A stretch of 59,582 bases of DNA from an uncultured Nitrososphaerota archaeon (GCA_964408285.1 CAYOYV010000011.1:1-59582); one strand, 5' to 3'; positions 40,497 to 50,179 are shown, numbered from the stretch's first letter. Program-made: numbers and translations. Notes: a model not told the origin generated them from the sequence alone.

Positions 40497-40752
40497 TCGC
40501 CCCTGCCGGGGGATATCGGGCTCGGAGTTGTCGCCTGAAGAGGCAACTCTTGAGACGCCTCTCTGCATGAATGGGGATCGAAGTCCAACGATGTCTGGGT
40601 CTCCAGGGATTGGGCATAGAAACCGAGGAGACATGATCGCCCTGGGACAACGATCTCCAAGGGTGTCTGGGCACCGGACGTCGCGATTGGGTGAAACAGG
40701 GCGTGCGAAGACGGGATAACCCGGAAGCCCGAACCCAAATGGCAGGGCGTCA
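40497..40752 (+). ncRNA. Candidate stand-alone ~260-nt structured ncRNA, family not recognised
   Basis: Nested long-range helices 40501-07/40741-47, 40516-22/40726-32 and 40555-60/40699-704; hairpins 40525-49 and 40712-23; upstream TATA and downstream T5; overlapping ORFs look spurious. Confidence 0.7.
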
Positions 40753-40761
40753 TTGGTTTTT
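40753..40761 (+). terminator. Putative archaeal oligo-T terminator
   Basis: TTGGTTTTT immediately after the closing helix. Confidence 0.4.
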
Positions 40762-40857
40762 CCTACAAATTGGACAGCAGAGAATGCACTCTTCCCTCGC
40801 TCTGCCGGCACCAGTAGAGTTAAAGACCCAAAAGACTGCCATGATCCTCGATCGTGA

Positions 40858-42081
40858 TTGCCGAAATTCTTTGTCGACATGCACCTTCATTCGAAGTATT
40901 CGGTTGCAACCAGCGAGATCATGGATCTTGAGCATGTCTCACATTATTGTAGATTCAAAGGCCTTGACATAGTTGCGACTGGAGATGTTCTGCACCCGCG
41001 ATGGCTGTCAGAACTGAAGAACAAGCTTCAGGAAAATGAAGGGCTTTTTTCAATGAGGAATGAAAGACCGATGCCCTTCTTCATACTTTCTGGCGAGATA
41101 TGCACAATCTATCAGTTGGAGGGAAAAAGGAGAAGGATACACCATGTTCTGCTATATCCGTCATTCGATTCAGTCGAACAAGCATCGGACGTTCTGGCAA
41201 GGCATGCCGATCTCAGTTCGAATGGTAGACCTTTTGTTTCCCTTAATCCAGAGGACCTAGTATCACTAATCCGCAGCGTGGACGATGGAATCGAGGTATT
41301 CCCAGCCCATATATGGACGCCTCACTTCAGCATTTTCGGACTGCATGGCCATTCATCGGTGGAAGAAGCCTACGGGTCAAACGCAAGTCGCATCCATCTG
41401 ATGGAAACAGGTCTTTCCTCTGACCCTGAGATGAATTGGTCGCTTTCTTCGTTGGACCGATTCAAGCTTGTATCCAATTCGGATTCGCACTCCCCGTATC
41501 CATTCAGAATCGGCAGGGAGGCCAGCCTCTTCGAATTGCGAGAACCTAGCTATGGCTCGCTCCTTGACGCGATCAGGAACGGTGGAGCCTCTTCACTGCT
41601 AATGACGGTCGAAACATTTCCCCAATATGGGAAATATCACTGGCCCGGCCACAGGTCATGCAGTTTCTCGGCGTCTCCAGAGGAATACGTCAGGCTTGCT
41701 GGCCTCTGCCCGGTCTGCAGAAGGAAACTGACAAATGGCGTTGAACTAGAGGTGAGAAAAAAGGCCGACAGACCAAGGGGTTACATTCCGGAAGGAGCAA
41801 AGCCATTCTTCAGGGTCATCCCGCTATCTGAAATCCTATCCATGATCTCAGGATCTCCGGTTGACTCAACAAAGGTTTGGAATCTTTACGACGGATTGGT
41901 CAAGCGCTTTGGCAATGAGTACTCGATTCTTCTTTGGGCTCCAATACGGGAGCTCGATGAAATCGGAGGGAAAAGGCTTGGCAGCCTGATAAGAAAGATG
42001 AGACAAGGCACTCTAGAGATAAGACCCGGATACGATGGCAAATATGGGGAATTGATTGAGACATCGAATTGCTGCCGGTAG
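40858..42081 (+). CDS. endoQ: Endonuclease Q (PHP domain plus zinc finger)
   Basis: DMHLHSKYS, PAHIWTP, ETGLSSD, SNSDSHS, GKYH...C..C...CPVC and PGYDGKYG. Confidence 0.9.
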   Translation: MPKFFVDMHLHSKYSVATSEIMDLEHVSHYCRFKGLDIVATGDVLHPRWLSELKNKLQENEGLFSMRNERPMPFFILSGEICTIYQLEGKRRRIHHVLLYPSFDSVEQASDVLARHADLSSNGRPFVSLNPEDLVSLIRSVDDGIEVFPAHIWTPHFSIFGLHGHSSVEEAYGSNASRIHLMETGLSSDPEMNWSLSSLDRFKLVSNSDSHSPYPFRIGREASLFELREPSYGSLLDAIRNGGASSLLMTVETFPQYGKYHWPGHRSCSFSASPEEYVRLAGLCPVCRRKLTNGVELEVRKKADRPRGYIPEGAKPFFRVIPLSEILSMISGSPVDSTKVWNLYDGLVKRFGNEYSILLWAPIRELDEIGGKRLGSLIRKMRQGTLEIRPGYDGKYGELIETSNCCR

Positions 42082-42097
42082 AATCCTTGAATGGGCC

Positions 42098-43438
42098 CTA
42101 AAGCTCGAAAATGAGTGGCTTGAGGCCCTTAGGAATGAATGTAACGTTCTTTGGCGAAGGCCTTGTTCCAAGCTCAACTGTTCTCTCCGTAGCGTCGAGG
42201 ATGATCTTCATCACGTCAGTTCCGTTTATTCTGCCAAGTGCTCCACTTGCAGCTTGACGTTCGGAAAAGACCTTCGTGTCATCCCTTCTGATTCCCGGTG
42301 ATGCGAGCAAGAGAGGAACTGGCTCTCCAGAGTGCATGCCTCTGTCACATGGTGTTGTATGGTCGCCTGTCAAGATGACGGACAGCGTTCTAAGTAGGTC
42401 AGACGGAATGAGGCATAAATTTTCGTCCACCTTCGATATGAATCTTGACTTCCCCAACGCGTTCTTGTTGTGGGAGAAGTAGTCGGTCGCTTTTATGTGG
42501 AGGAACACGAAGTCGTGAGTTCCTAGCGCGTGAACCGCAGCTTCGAACTTCCCCTCAAGATTCGTATTGGGCATTCCGTTAGCCCCTTCGACTTCTATGA
42601 AATCCATTCCCACGGCTTTTGCCACTCCTTTGTAGAGGGCTCCTCCAGCAATGGCAGCAGCATGGAAGCCGAATTTCTCGTGGAAGCCGGGCAGCTTCTT
42701 GGCAACACCCGATCCCCTGAAGAGCACAGCGTTAGCGACTGGTCTGCCTGAGTGCTTTCTCTGCTCGTTCAGATCGGCCTTGGAAAGCGCTCGCATCGCC
42801 TCTATCTCCCATCTGTTCATAACTGAGGCGAGTCTTCTCGCGCCATCTGCATTTCTGGCCTCTTGCCTTTGTTGGCATTCCAGCATTGGTGCGCCCTCCT
42901 CATGTGGATCGTTGTCCGTTACTTCGTACGATAATCCCTCGCCACTGACTGTCAATGCCATCCTGTGTTCCGTGAGCCCGTATGATCTGAAGCTACAACC
43001 ATCCACCTCGGGAACCTCTTCGTTCAGGATATCTACCAGATTCTTGGTTTCCTGTGTCGATATCCTCCCTGCCCTTCTATCGACCACCATCGCCATGTTG
43101 TTCGCAAGTTTGACTGTTGCTAGGTTGGCCCTGAACGCTATTTCGTTCTCGCCAAGGACGACTCCTTCTCCGAGGGCCTCGATGGGTCCCCTTCCGAAAT
43201 ACTCTTTCTCCAAGTCATAGCCCAATATAGCCAAATGTGATGTGTCGCTTCCAGGGGGGACTCCTGGCGATATAGGGTCCATCAATCCCTGAGCACCAAT
43301 CTTCTTCAGCCTCTTCATATTCACCTGTCTTGCCGCTTCCAGGGGAGTTCTTCCTCTGAGCCCGGGAGCTGGATGGTCTCCAAGCCCGTCTAGAATAATC
43401 AGAATGCACTGTCCGGACCTATCCATATTCACTCGCAA
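42098..43438 (-). CDS. apgM: 2,3-bisphosphoglycerate-independent phosphoglycerate mutase
   Basis: ILDGLGD, PGSDTSHL, GRGPIEA, DRRAGRI, HIKATD and TGDHTTP. Confidence 0.94.
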   Translation of the reverse strand: MRVNMDRSGQCILIILDGLGDHPAPGLRGRTPLEAARQVNMKRLKKIGAQGLMDPISPGVPPGSDTSHLAILGYDLEKEYFGRGPIEALGEGVVLGENEIAFRANLATVKLANNMAMVVDRRAGRISTQETKNLVDILNEEVPEVDGCSFRSYGLTEHRMALTVSGEGLSYEVTDNDPHEEGAPMLECQQRQEARNADGARRLASVMNRWEIEAMRALSKADLNEQRKHSGRPVANAVLFRGSGVAKKLPGFHEKFGFHAAAIAGGALYKGVAKAVGMDFIEVEGANGMPNTNLEGKFEAAVHALGTHDFVFLHIKATDYFSHNKNALGKSRFISKVDENLCLIPSDLLRTLSVILTGDHTTPCDRGMHSGEPVPLLLASPGIRRDDTKVFSERQAASGALGRINGTDVMKIILDATERTVELGTRPSPKNVTFIPKGLKPLIFEL

Positions 43439-43505
43439 ATGGGCCTCTTTCCGATAAATAAGGCTAATCAGCTTTCTTGAGAATTGGGTCAGATGATATT
43501 CCGAG

Positions 43506-44444
43506 TCAGGACACTGTTTCCTTGAGGCCCTTGAACCTGTTCCTCACCGTGACCTCCGTCACGTTTGCTGCCTCAGCTATCTGTTTTTGAGTTACGGAAT
43601 TGATCCCCAGCTTCAGCGTTGCCATGTACATAGCCGCTGCAACAAGCCCCATCGGATCCTTTCCAGAGGTAGTTTTCCTTGACTTGGCTTCATTGATTAT
43701 TTTCAAGGTCTCCCTTTCTATCTCGGGCCCGAGCTTGAGTTTCGATGCCACCTTTGAGATATATATCGTCGGATCGCTTATGGGCATCTTGTCGTTCTCC
43801 AATGCTTTCAGTATATTCCGGTACGACCTAGCGATTTCCTTCTTCCTAAGGCCTGCCTTGGCAGCGACCTCCTTGAGGGTCCTTGGTACCTCGCTGCTTC
43901 TGCAAGCCGCATATACGACTGCGGCTGCCATGGAGTTTATCGGTCTACCTCTCACCAATCCCATTTCAAGTGCCTGCCTGTAAATTCTTGCAGCCCTCAC
44001 GATGATGTTCTTGCCCAAGTTGAGTTGATCCGCGAGGTGAGTGATGTATCTCATCGCCACCATCAAGTTCCTTTCGTTTGCAGTCGAGGCCCTTCCCCTC
44101 TCCTGCCAGACCCTCATCCTTTGGGCCCTGCTTAGTTCCTCGCTCGTCATGCCTCTCCCGGCAGCACTCTTAGTTCCAAATTCAAGTGAAGTCGTGAAAC
44201 CGAGATCATGAACCAATGGGGACAGGGGGCTTCCCGCCCTGTCTCTGCTTTCACTCTCATCATCACCGAACTCCCTCCATTCCTGACCTCTGTCATACAA
44301 TCTGGAAAGAACAAAACCGCATTTTGAGCAGTAAATCTCACCAGACTTGTTGTCCGTTATGAGTTCGGTAGACCCGCAATTGGGGCAGACATTCCGGTGA
44401 AGCACGTTCTCCCAATTCCTTTGAGTATTCGCTTCCATCTCCAC
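43506..44444 (-). CDS. tfb: Transcription initiation factor IIB
   Basis: CPNCG..CSKCG zinc ribbon, QEWREF B-reader, two cyclin repeats and VTEVTVRNR. Confidence 0.97.
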   Translation of the reverse strand: MEMEANTQRNWENVLHRNVCPNCGSTELITDNKSGEIYCSKCGFVLSRLYDRGQEWREFGDDESESRDRAGSPLSPLVHDLGFTTSLEFGTKSAAGRGMTSEELSRAQRMRVWQERGRASTANERNLMVAMRYITHLADQLNLGKNIIVRAARIYRQALEMGLVRGRPINSMAAAVVYAACRSSEVPRTLKEVAAKAGLRKKEIARSYRNILKALENDKMPISDPTIYISKVASKLKLGPEIERETLKIINEAKSRKTTSGKDPMGLVAAAMYMATLKLGINSVTQKQIAEAANVTEVTVRNRFKGLKETVS

Positions 44445-44842
44445 CTACCTCCAAACCTTAATATAGCCCGAGAGCGGGGGCTTCTGAGCTATCAAGGGCA
44501 AGCTTTCAAGCTCACGGCAGAGGTCATATTTAAGCCTTTGTTTTCTGGGGAAGTTCCATTAGAGCTATTTTACTGCTCAAATCATTCCTGCCAATTTACC
44601 CCTGCAGTTGTGGTGAATTCGCATTCACCCAGACGGAGAAAGATGCGTAATATGACAACGGGAAATCAGACCATTGATCTGTCAGAGTCTATCCCAAACT
44701 CGAAGAGATCGATTTGGCCCATGCCAGGGATGACTCCTCAAGCATTGAAACCTCGGTCATGCCAATGAAAAGATCGCCAATGGACTGTTTCGGAAAAGAC
44801 AAATATCCCGCTTAGATCCCCCTCTGAACGTGGCCCGGGAAT

Positions 44843-44970
44843 AGCCCGGTCGAGGCAAGGCCCGCCGAGTCTAGCGGTCAATGGAAACGGCCAAGGATAA
44901 CGGGCTCTGGGTCTCCCCAAAGGGGAAAAGAAACCCGTTGACGTGAGTTCGAATCTCTCCCGGGCTACCA
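44843..44970 (+). tRNA. tRNA-Gln(CTG) with three introns (44853-44869 at 10/11; 44882-44894 at 21/22; 44911-44932 at 37/38)
   Basis: Spliced product AGCCCGG-TC-GTCT-AGCGGTCAA-GGAT-A-ACGGG-CT-CTG-GA-CCCGT-TGAC-GTGAG-TTCGAAT-CTCTC-CCGGGCT-ACCA has the A1-U72 pair of archaeal tRNA-Gln. Each intron forms a BHB/BHL-like motif. Confidence 0.88.
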
Positions 44971-45098
44971 TCACACTGTGGGCGGGTCATAGTTCAAACT
45001 CTCTGCTCAGTGATCTGGCCTGGTCTAGACATCGGTTCATGCTTTCGGCTTGTGATATATCTGAGAATTCGACCTGAATCATCCAGACTACGGAAAGC

Positions 45099-45563
45099 TC
45101 AAGTCCTGAATTGAGTTGCTATTCTCTTTCCGAACTCTTTGCACTTAGAAAGCTCTCCTTCAATAATGGGGCCCTTGGATCCTTGAACCGCTATTGAAAG
45201 TATGGGACCTATGCGTTTCAAGCCGGGTACCTTCTCGTTTATTCTCTTCTCCATTTTCCTTGCTGCCTTTCCAAAGAAACCTTTCCCCAAGTGTGTGTCA
45301 AAAACGGCAAAATGCATTCCCTTGAGGTCGAGTTTCTCTAGCTTGTCGATGAACTCACTTATCCCTTTGGTTGGCCCACCATAGTGATTCGGGGAACCTA
45401 TGAGAATAACATCGTATTCAGCTATCTTGTCGAGGTCAACGTCTTTGACTTGATTGAGCGCAGTTTCTCCTTCTTGAACTTCTCTGATGCCCTCGATAAT
45501 TATCTCCGCTACACGTTTAGTGTTACCATACTTCGACTCATAAACCACAATCACCTTTACCAT
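45099..45563 (-). CDS. Flavodoxin family protein
   Basis: VYESKYGNT, IGSPNH and AVFDT. Start at ATG 45563 inferred. Confidence 0.88.
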   Translation of the reverse strand: MVKVIVVYESKYGNTKRVAEIIIEGIREVQEGETALNQVKDVDLDKIAEYDVILIGSPNHYGGPTKGISEFIDKLEKLDLKGMHFAVFDTHLGKGFFGKAARKMEKRINEKVPGLKRIGPILSIAVQGSKGPIIEGELSKCKEFGKRIATQFRT

Positions 45564-45849
45564 TGTGATAAGCCAGTATTGGTTCTTTTGCCTGAGTCTT
45601 AAGATTTGTCGGGCAGTTAGGTGCGTACATAGAAGACGGCAGAAGGGATCTGAATCCGAATAATTGATCAATTCCCTTCTAGTCAAATATGTCCTCCCAT
45701 AGCATCTTTCCTCATCAAAAGACGAAATTCGTCTGCCCATGGAGCGGAATACATCAAGCATTATTGTCAGTCGCACGCGCTTCTAGTGAATCGGTTCAAG
45801 GTCCCTACATAGGCTGGCTTGCCACAACCTATGGGATGAAGCAGTGATC

Positions 45850-46596
45850 CTAGAAGAGACTTCGCTGGGGATACTCCCCTTTTATGACCTCGCCTGTTAT
45901 AGCACTCATAATGACCTTGTACGAGGTCCCCTCGTACCTATAGGTGAATATCCACAAGGGAAAGTGCAGGTATGTCGGAGTGCCAACCTCGAAATCCACA
46001 TCGAACACGCTCAATTTATCGATTATTTCAAGAGCTAAAGCCTTGAGCCTGTCTCCGAGCTGTGTCTTGGCTATTGAAACTGCCTCGTCCTGTTCTATTT
46101 CTAAGTGCATCAGCTTGGAACTCGGTGGAAGATCCGATATCGATGGGTAATTCGTTGCCTCCAATGGTATGATTGCGGGGAGGGAGAAATCGAGCTGCCT
46201 TCTGCCCATGACGTTCCATTCGTATTGCCTCTCTATCTCGCCGCTCCTAGTCTCCGTTGCAGTCACCCTCATCGATGTTCCCTCGTATCTTGAGATGCCC
46301 TTGATAGGAATCCTCCATACGGGTTCGAAAACGAGTTCTTGCGTAAGTGTCACCCCCTTGGAGGGAAGGTCCTGAGGCTTGGTGAATCCCCTGCTTAGCC
46401 AACTCCTATACGATTGGGCCGCCGAGACTTGGTCTACGGTGGAAACCAATACTATATGCCTGAGCTCCAGTGGTTTCAGGGTGTTGACGCTGAATACATA
46501 TCCACAGTAGTTGCATGTGACGAATACTGTTCCCATCTGGAATTTAAGGGGCGCATTGCACCTAGGGCAGGATATTTCGTTCAGCGAATTCTCCAT
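45850..46596 (-). CDS. Hypothetical protein with N-terminal zinc ribbon
   Basis: CPRCNAPL...CNYCG; C-terminal PLWIFTYRY...SAITGEV..GEYP. Confidence 0.75.
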   Translation of the reverse strand: MENSLNEISCPRCNAPLKFQMGTVFVTCNYCGYVFSVNTLKPLELRHIVLVSTVDQVSAAQSYRSWLSRGFTKPQDLPSKGVTLTQELVFEPVWRIPIKGISRYEGTSMRVTATETRSGEIERQYEWNVMGRRQLDFSLPAIIPLEATNYPSISDLPPSSKLMHLEIEQDEAVSIAKTQLGDRLKALALEIIDKLSVFDVDFEVGTPTYLHFPLWIFTYRYEGTSYKVIMSAITGEVIKGEYPQRSLF

Positions 46597-46661
46597 TCCA
46601 CAGATATTACAGACAGGATAGATAAAGCATTAAATGAGGGTCTCACTCAGTAGGGTCAGAG

Positions 46662-47714
46662 TTGTCCGAGGCAGCCAAATTGAAGTTCTCTGCAAGAGCT
46701 TCCTTGATATTCTCGACCGTTGTCTCCGCCATTTTCTTTCTAGGTCTCTCATTGATTTTCAGTCAAGGAGATCTAGGCCTTTCACTCCCTATTGTGCTCG
46801 TTCTGTGTGCTCTCTTTCTAGGTTTTCAATACTTCGTTGGGCCGTCATTGGTAGAGGCTGGGCTGAGATTGATCCCAATTTCCTCAGGGGAGTTCCCAAT
46901 GCTACAACAGGCAATTTCTGAGCTTAATCAACAGACAGGAACAAAGGTGAGCCAGATCCTCGTGTCAGACGACCCGTCTCCCAATGCGTTTGTATACGGA
47001 ACAAGCAGCTCCAACGTCAAGCTTGTAGTGACGCGCGGCCTTCTCGAAGGAATGAGATATGACGAGCTCAAGTCAGTACTCGCGCATGAATTTGGACACA
47101 TCCACTTCAATGATTACGTCTATGTGACACTGCTCTCAGCTGTTCCTCTTTTAGCTTATCTCGTGTTCAGATTGTCTGCCAATGTCTCTAGGTCATTGCC
47201 TAACAGGTATAGGGGTAGATCCGAGAGATCGAGTGGCTCTTTTGTGGCAATCGGTTTGGCCCTTGCGGCGTTTTCCTTTGTGATATATTTCATCGCCATG
47301 CTCGCAGTGAGGTGGCTCAGTAGAATGAGAGAGCATTACGCAGATGTCTATTCCGCGGAAATCACGAGAAACCCAGAAGGCTTGATTCGTGGCCTGGTCA
47401 AGATAACATATGGTGCTGCTTTAGCGCCGACCTCCAATGAGTCTGTGAGGCAATTCTATATCGCAGATCCGGTCACCAGCAGGAAGGAGGTCGAATTCAT
47501 AGAACAAAACCGCGATCGATACGATCTGAATAAGGACGGACTTCTTGACGAATATGAGTTGGAGGAAGCCATGGAAGAAGAGGCTCACACATGGGCATCG
47601 AGGGGTTTGGAAGCATTCTCCACCCATCCCCCAACCTACAAGAGGATTTTGCTCCTAAGGCAGCTCTCCGCTGAATTCTCCGCACAGACTCCGGCTCCCC
47701 CTACGCCTCCTTAG
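46662..47714 (+). CDS. htpX: HtpX/M48 zinc metalloprotease with EF-hand-like insert
   Basis: PNAF, TRGLL, AHEFGH, SRMREHYAD and FSTHPP; insert DLNKDGLLDEYE. Confidence 0.9.
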   Translation: MSEAAKLKFSARASLIFSTVVSAIFFLGLSLIFSQGDLGLSLPIVLVLCALFLGFQYFVGPSLVEAGLRLIPISSGEFPMLQQAISELNQQTGTKVSQILVSDDPSPNAFVYGTSSSNVKLVVTRGLLEGMRYDELKSVLAHEFGHIHFNDYVYVTLLSAVPLLAYLVFRLSANVSRSLPNRYRGRSERSSGSFVAIGLALAAFSFVIYFIAMLAVRWLSRMREHYADVYSAEITRNPEGLIRGLVKITYGAALAPTSNESVRQFYIADPVTSRKEVEFIEQNRDRYDLNKDGLLDEYELEEAMEEEAHTWASRGLEAFSTHPPTYKRILLLRQLSAEFSAQTPAPPTPP

Positions 47715-47765
47715 CAGGAGAGGAAATTCAGCCTTATATCCTGCACCAGAGATGAAGGTGTCCCC

Positions 47766-48590
47766 TTGCCATCTTTGGTCTCAATAGCTAGGGGGATGCG
47801 TTCTGCCTCGGTAGTCGAAGGTTGCATGAATCAGATACTCCCAAGGATTCCACTCAAAGGCAAGCGTCTACTAGTGAAGGTCAATCTAACTCACAGAGGA
47901 AACCGTTTTGATGGCGTTGCAACAGATCCAACAGTGGTGGAAGCCATTCATAACGTTCTTTCGGATAGATTCGAGGAAATTGTCATAGCTGAATCGGATG
48001 CGACAAGCCTAGATGCCCTTGGCGCTGCGAAATCGTCCGGACTACTGCTCACATGTCAGCGATTGGGCCTGAATTTCGTGAACCTGAGCAAGGAAAAAGA
48101 CAGGGTCCGCTTGAAAGTACCCAAGCCGCATCGCGTATCGGAGTTCGAAGTGCCTAAAGTGGTGCTCGATAGCGTAGTCGTCAGCGCGGCAAAGATGAAA
48201 ACACACTCTGATACAACTGTCACTCTGTCCATAAAGAACCTGTTCGGACTTCTTCCGGAGAGATTCAAGGCGAAATATCACATCTTGGGAATAAGCCAAG
48301 TACTGGCGGACTTGTTTCAGGTGGTAAAACCGGCTCTCTCAATTGTCGAGGGTTTCTCCGCGATGGAAGGTGCGGGCCCAATAGGAGGCAACGTTATAGC
48401 CGTGGATACTATTATTTCCGCCAGCGATGCGTTGGCGGCCGACTGGGTCACTGCCATGGTCATGGGCTTTGACCCTAGGCTGATATATCATCTAGCAGAA
48501 TGTGCCAAGATGGCCCCGGAATCAATCGAAGAAATGAAGATTCTTGGAGAGTCATTGGAAAGTGCGCATAGGAAGTTCAAGTTCCCATAG
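47766..48590 (+). CDS. DUF362 family protein
   Basis: LVKVNL, TDP, KMKTH..T.VTLSIKNLFG, MEGAGP and DALAAD. Confidence 0.85.
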   Translation: MPSLVSIARGMRSASVVEGCMNQILPRIPLKGKRLLVKVNLTHRGNRFDGVATDPTVVEAIHNVLSDRFEEIVIAESDATSLDALGAAKSSGLLLTCQRLGLNFVNLSKEKDRVRLKVPKPHRVSEFEVPKVVLDSVVVSAAKMKTHSDTTVTLSIKNLFGLLPERFKAKYHILGISQVLADLFQVVKPALSIVEGFSAMEGAGPIGGNVIAVDTIISASDALAADWVTAMVMGFDPRLIYHLAECAKMAPESIEEMKILGESLESAHRKFKFP

Positions 48591-48640
48591 ATGGAGAGCC
48601 AAAAAGGATATCTGGGCAGATTGGGTCACTAACCAATAAT

Positions 48641-50179
48641 ATGGTCGTCTGCAAGGGTAGTGATCGCATTGCGAGATTCCCGGAGGAGATATCAATGGCA
48701 GAAGCTAATTCTGTTTACTCGGGTGTCACACGATTATCACTAATGGAAAATGCTGGAGTGGCGGTCGCTAATACAGTAAGAAGATTTGCTGTCGCACCCT
48801 CACGCGTCGCCGTAGTCTGTGGAGCAGGAAACAATGGGGGCGACGGCCTTGTTGCCGCTCGGTATCTCCTGAAGGATGGATATGATGTGACAGTCCTCCT
48901 TCTCTCTGGTCCAAGTGAGATAAGAACAGAGGAGGCCAAGACCAATTGGGAGGAATTCAGGAAGCTGGATGGAAGATATGTCGATACTTCAGCCCGAGAT
49001 TTCCAAACTCGTCTAGCCAACGAACTCAAGGCAGCCGATATAATCGTCGACGCTATATTTGGCACGGGAATTTCGGGGGAGATAGGGGGACTGCCTGCGA
49101 CAGTGATACGAGAGATCAATGAATCGGGAAAGACGATTGTAGCGGTGGACACTCCATCTGGGCTAGATCCCTTTTCAGGCACTATCGCTGGAATAGCGGT
49201 GAAGGCGAACTGCACGGTCACATTCCATATTAACAAGAAGGGTCTTGTAGAGCACCCCGAGCACTCCGGAGCCATCGAAGTGGTGGACATCCATATTCCC
49301 GTCACATCAAACTTCTTCATTGGAGAGGCAGATCTAGGCGCCACTCTGAGGCCTAGATTCGCCTTCTCCCACAAGGGGGACTTCGGGACAGTGCTCACAA
49401 TCGGCGGTAGTAGCCTCTATCACGGCGCTCCAGCCTTAGCTGCATTGGCAGCTCTCAGAACCGGTTGTGGTCTGTCCATCATAGCCGCGCCTGAGATCGT
49501 AGCGCCAAGCATAAGGGCCGTATCCCCCGACCTGATTGTCATGCCCCTTCCAGGAACCGCCCTAAGGCTTGAGCATTTGGATCTCCTAAGGCCACAGCTT
49601 GACAAGGCAAGCGTGCTGGCAATTGGTCCAGGTCTGGGCAAGGAAGCCCCCACGCTTCAGGCAGCAATCGCGATTCTCGAACTGGCCATTTACTCCGGAA
49701 GATCGATCGTACTTGATGCAGATGCCATTGACGTGATTAACAGGACAGAATTGTCAAAGCCGGAACGCGTTGTCATAACGCCTCACGCAGGAGAATTCGA
49801 AAGAATAGCGGGGACGCGACCTGGCCCTGTCTGGCGAGACAGGATCGGGCCAGTCAGGGATTTCTCTCTCAGGAGAAAATGCACAACTCTGCTGAAAGGA
49901 CATCACACCGTCATATCGGACGGAAAAAGGATCAGGGTATATGCCGGTGGAAATCCGGGAATGGCGAAGGGCGGGGTCGGCGATGTTCTAACAGGAGTAA
50001 TATCAGGACTGATCTCCCAAGGAAACGAGGTCTTCGATTCAGCATGTGCGGGCGCCTACACACTCGGGGCCTCCGGGGACAATCTACTTCGGAAAATGGG
50101 CTTCCACTTTGTCGCATCCGATCTGATCTGTGAATTGCCGGAGATAATGCGATGTCACAGTAAGAGTTTCGAAGAATGA
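48641..50179 (+). CDS. nnr: Bifunctional NAD(P)HX epimerase/dehydratase
   Basis: LMENAG, GNNGGDG, DAIFGTG, HKGDFG, GPGLG, TPHAGEF and GGVGDVLTG. Confidence 0.95.
   Translation: MVVCKGSDRIARFPEEISMAEANSVYSGVTRLSLMENAGVAVANTVRRFAVAPSRVAVVCGAGNNGGDGLVAARYLLKDGYDVTVLLLSGPSEIRTEEAKTNWEEFRKLDGRYVDTSARDFQTRLANELKAADIIVDAIFGTGISGEIGGLPATVIREINESGKTIVAVDTPSGLDPFSGTIAGIAVKANCTVTFHINKKGLVEHPEHSGAIEVVDIHIPVTSNFFIGEADLGATLRPRFAFSHKGDFGTVLTIGGSSLYHGAPALAALAALRTGCGLSIIAAPEIVAPSIRAVSPDLIVMPLPGTALRLEHLDLLRPQLDKASVLAIGPGLGKEAPTLQAAIAILELAIYSGRSIVLDADAIDVINRTELSKPERVVITPHAGEFERIAGTRPGPVWRDRIGPVRDFSLRRKCTTLLKGHHTVISDGKRIRVYAGGNPGMAKGGVGDVLTGVISGLISQGNEVFDSACAGAYTLGASGDNLLRKMGFHFVASDLICELPEIMRCHSKSFEE

Noticed and set aside
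40497-40752. Assignment as RNase P RNA, SRP RNA or hammerhead ribozyme
   Set aside because: No GAGGAAAGUCC/ACAGAA..GGCUUA P4 pair, no SRP helix-8 motif, and CTGAAGA is not followed by a stem II-GAAA core.
40460-40972. Several short overlapping ORFs on both strands
   Set aside because: No protein motifs; better explained as by-products of a GC-rich structured RNA and the endoQ start.
44738-44974. 78-aa minus-strand ORF
   Set aside because: It is the antisense of the tRNA-Gln gene.
45564-45776. 71-aa N-terminal extension of flavodoxin in the ORF track
   Set aside because: Family similarity begins at ATG 45563 and a TATA-like CTTAAG lies about 35 nt upstream.
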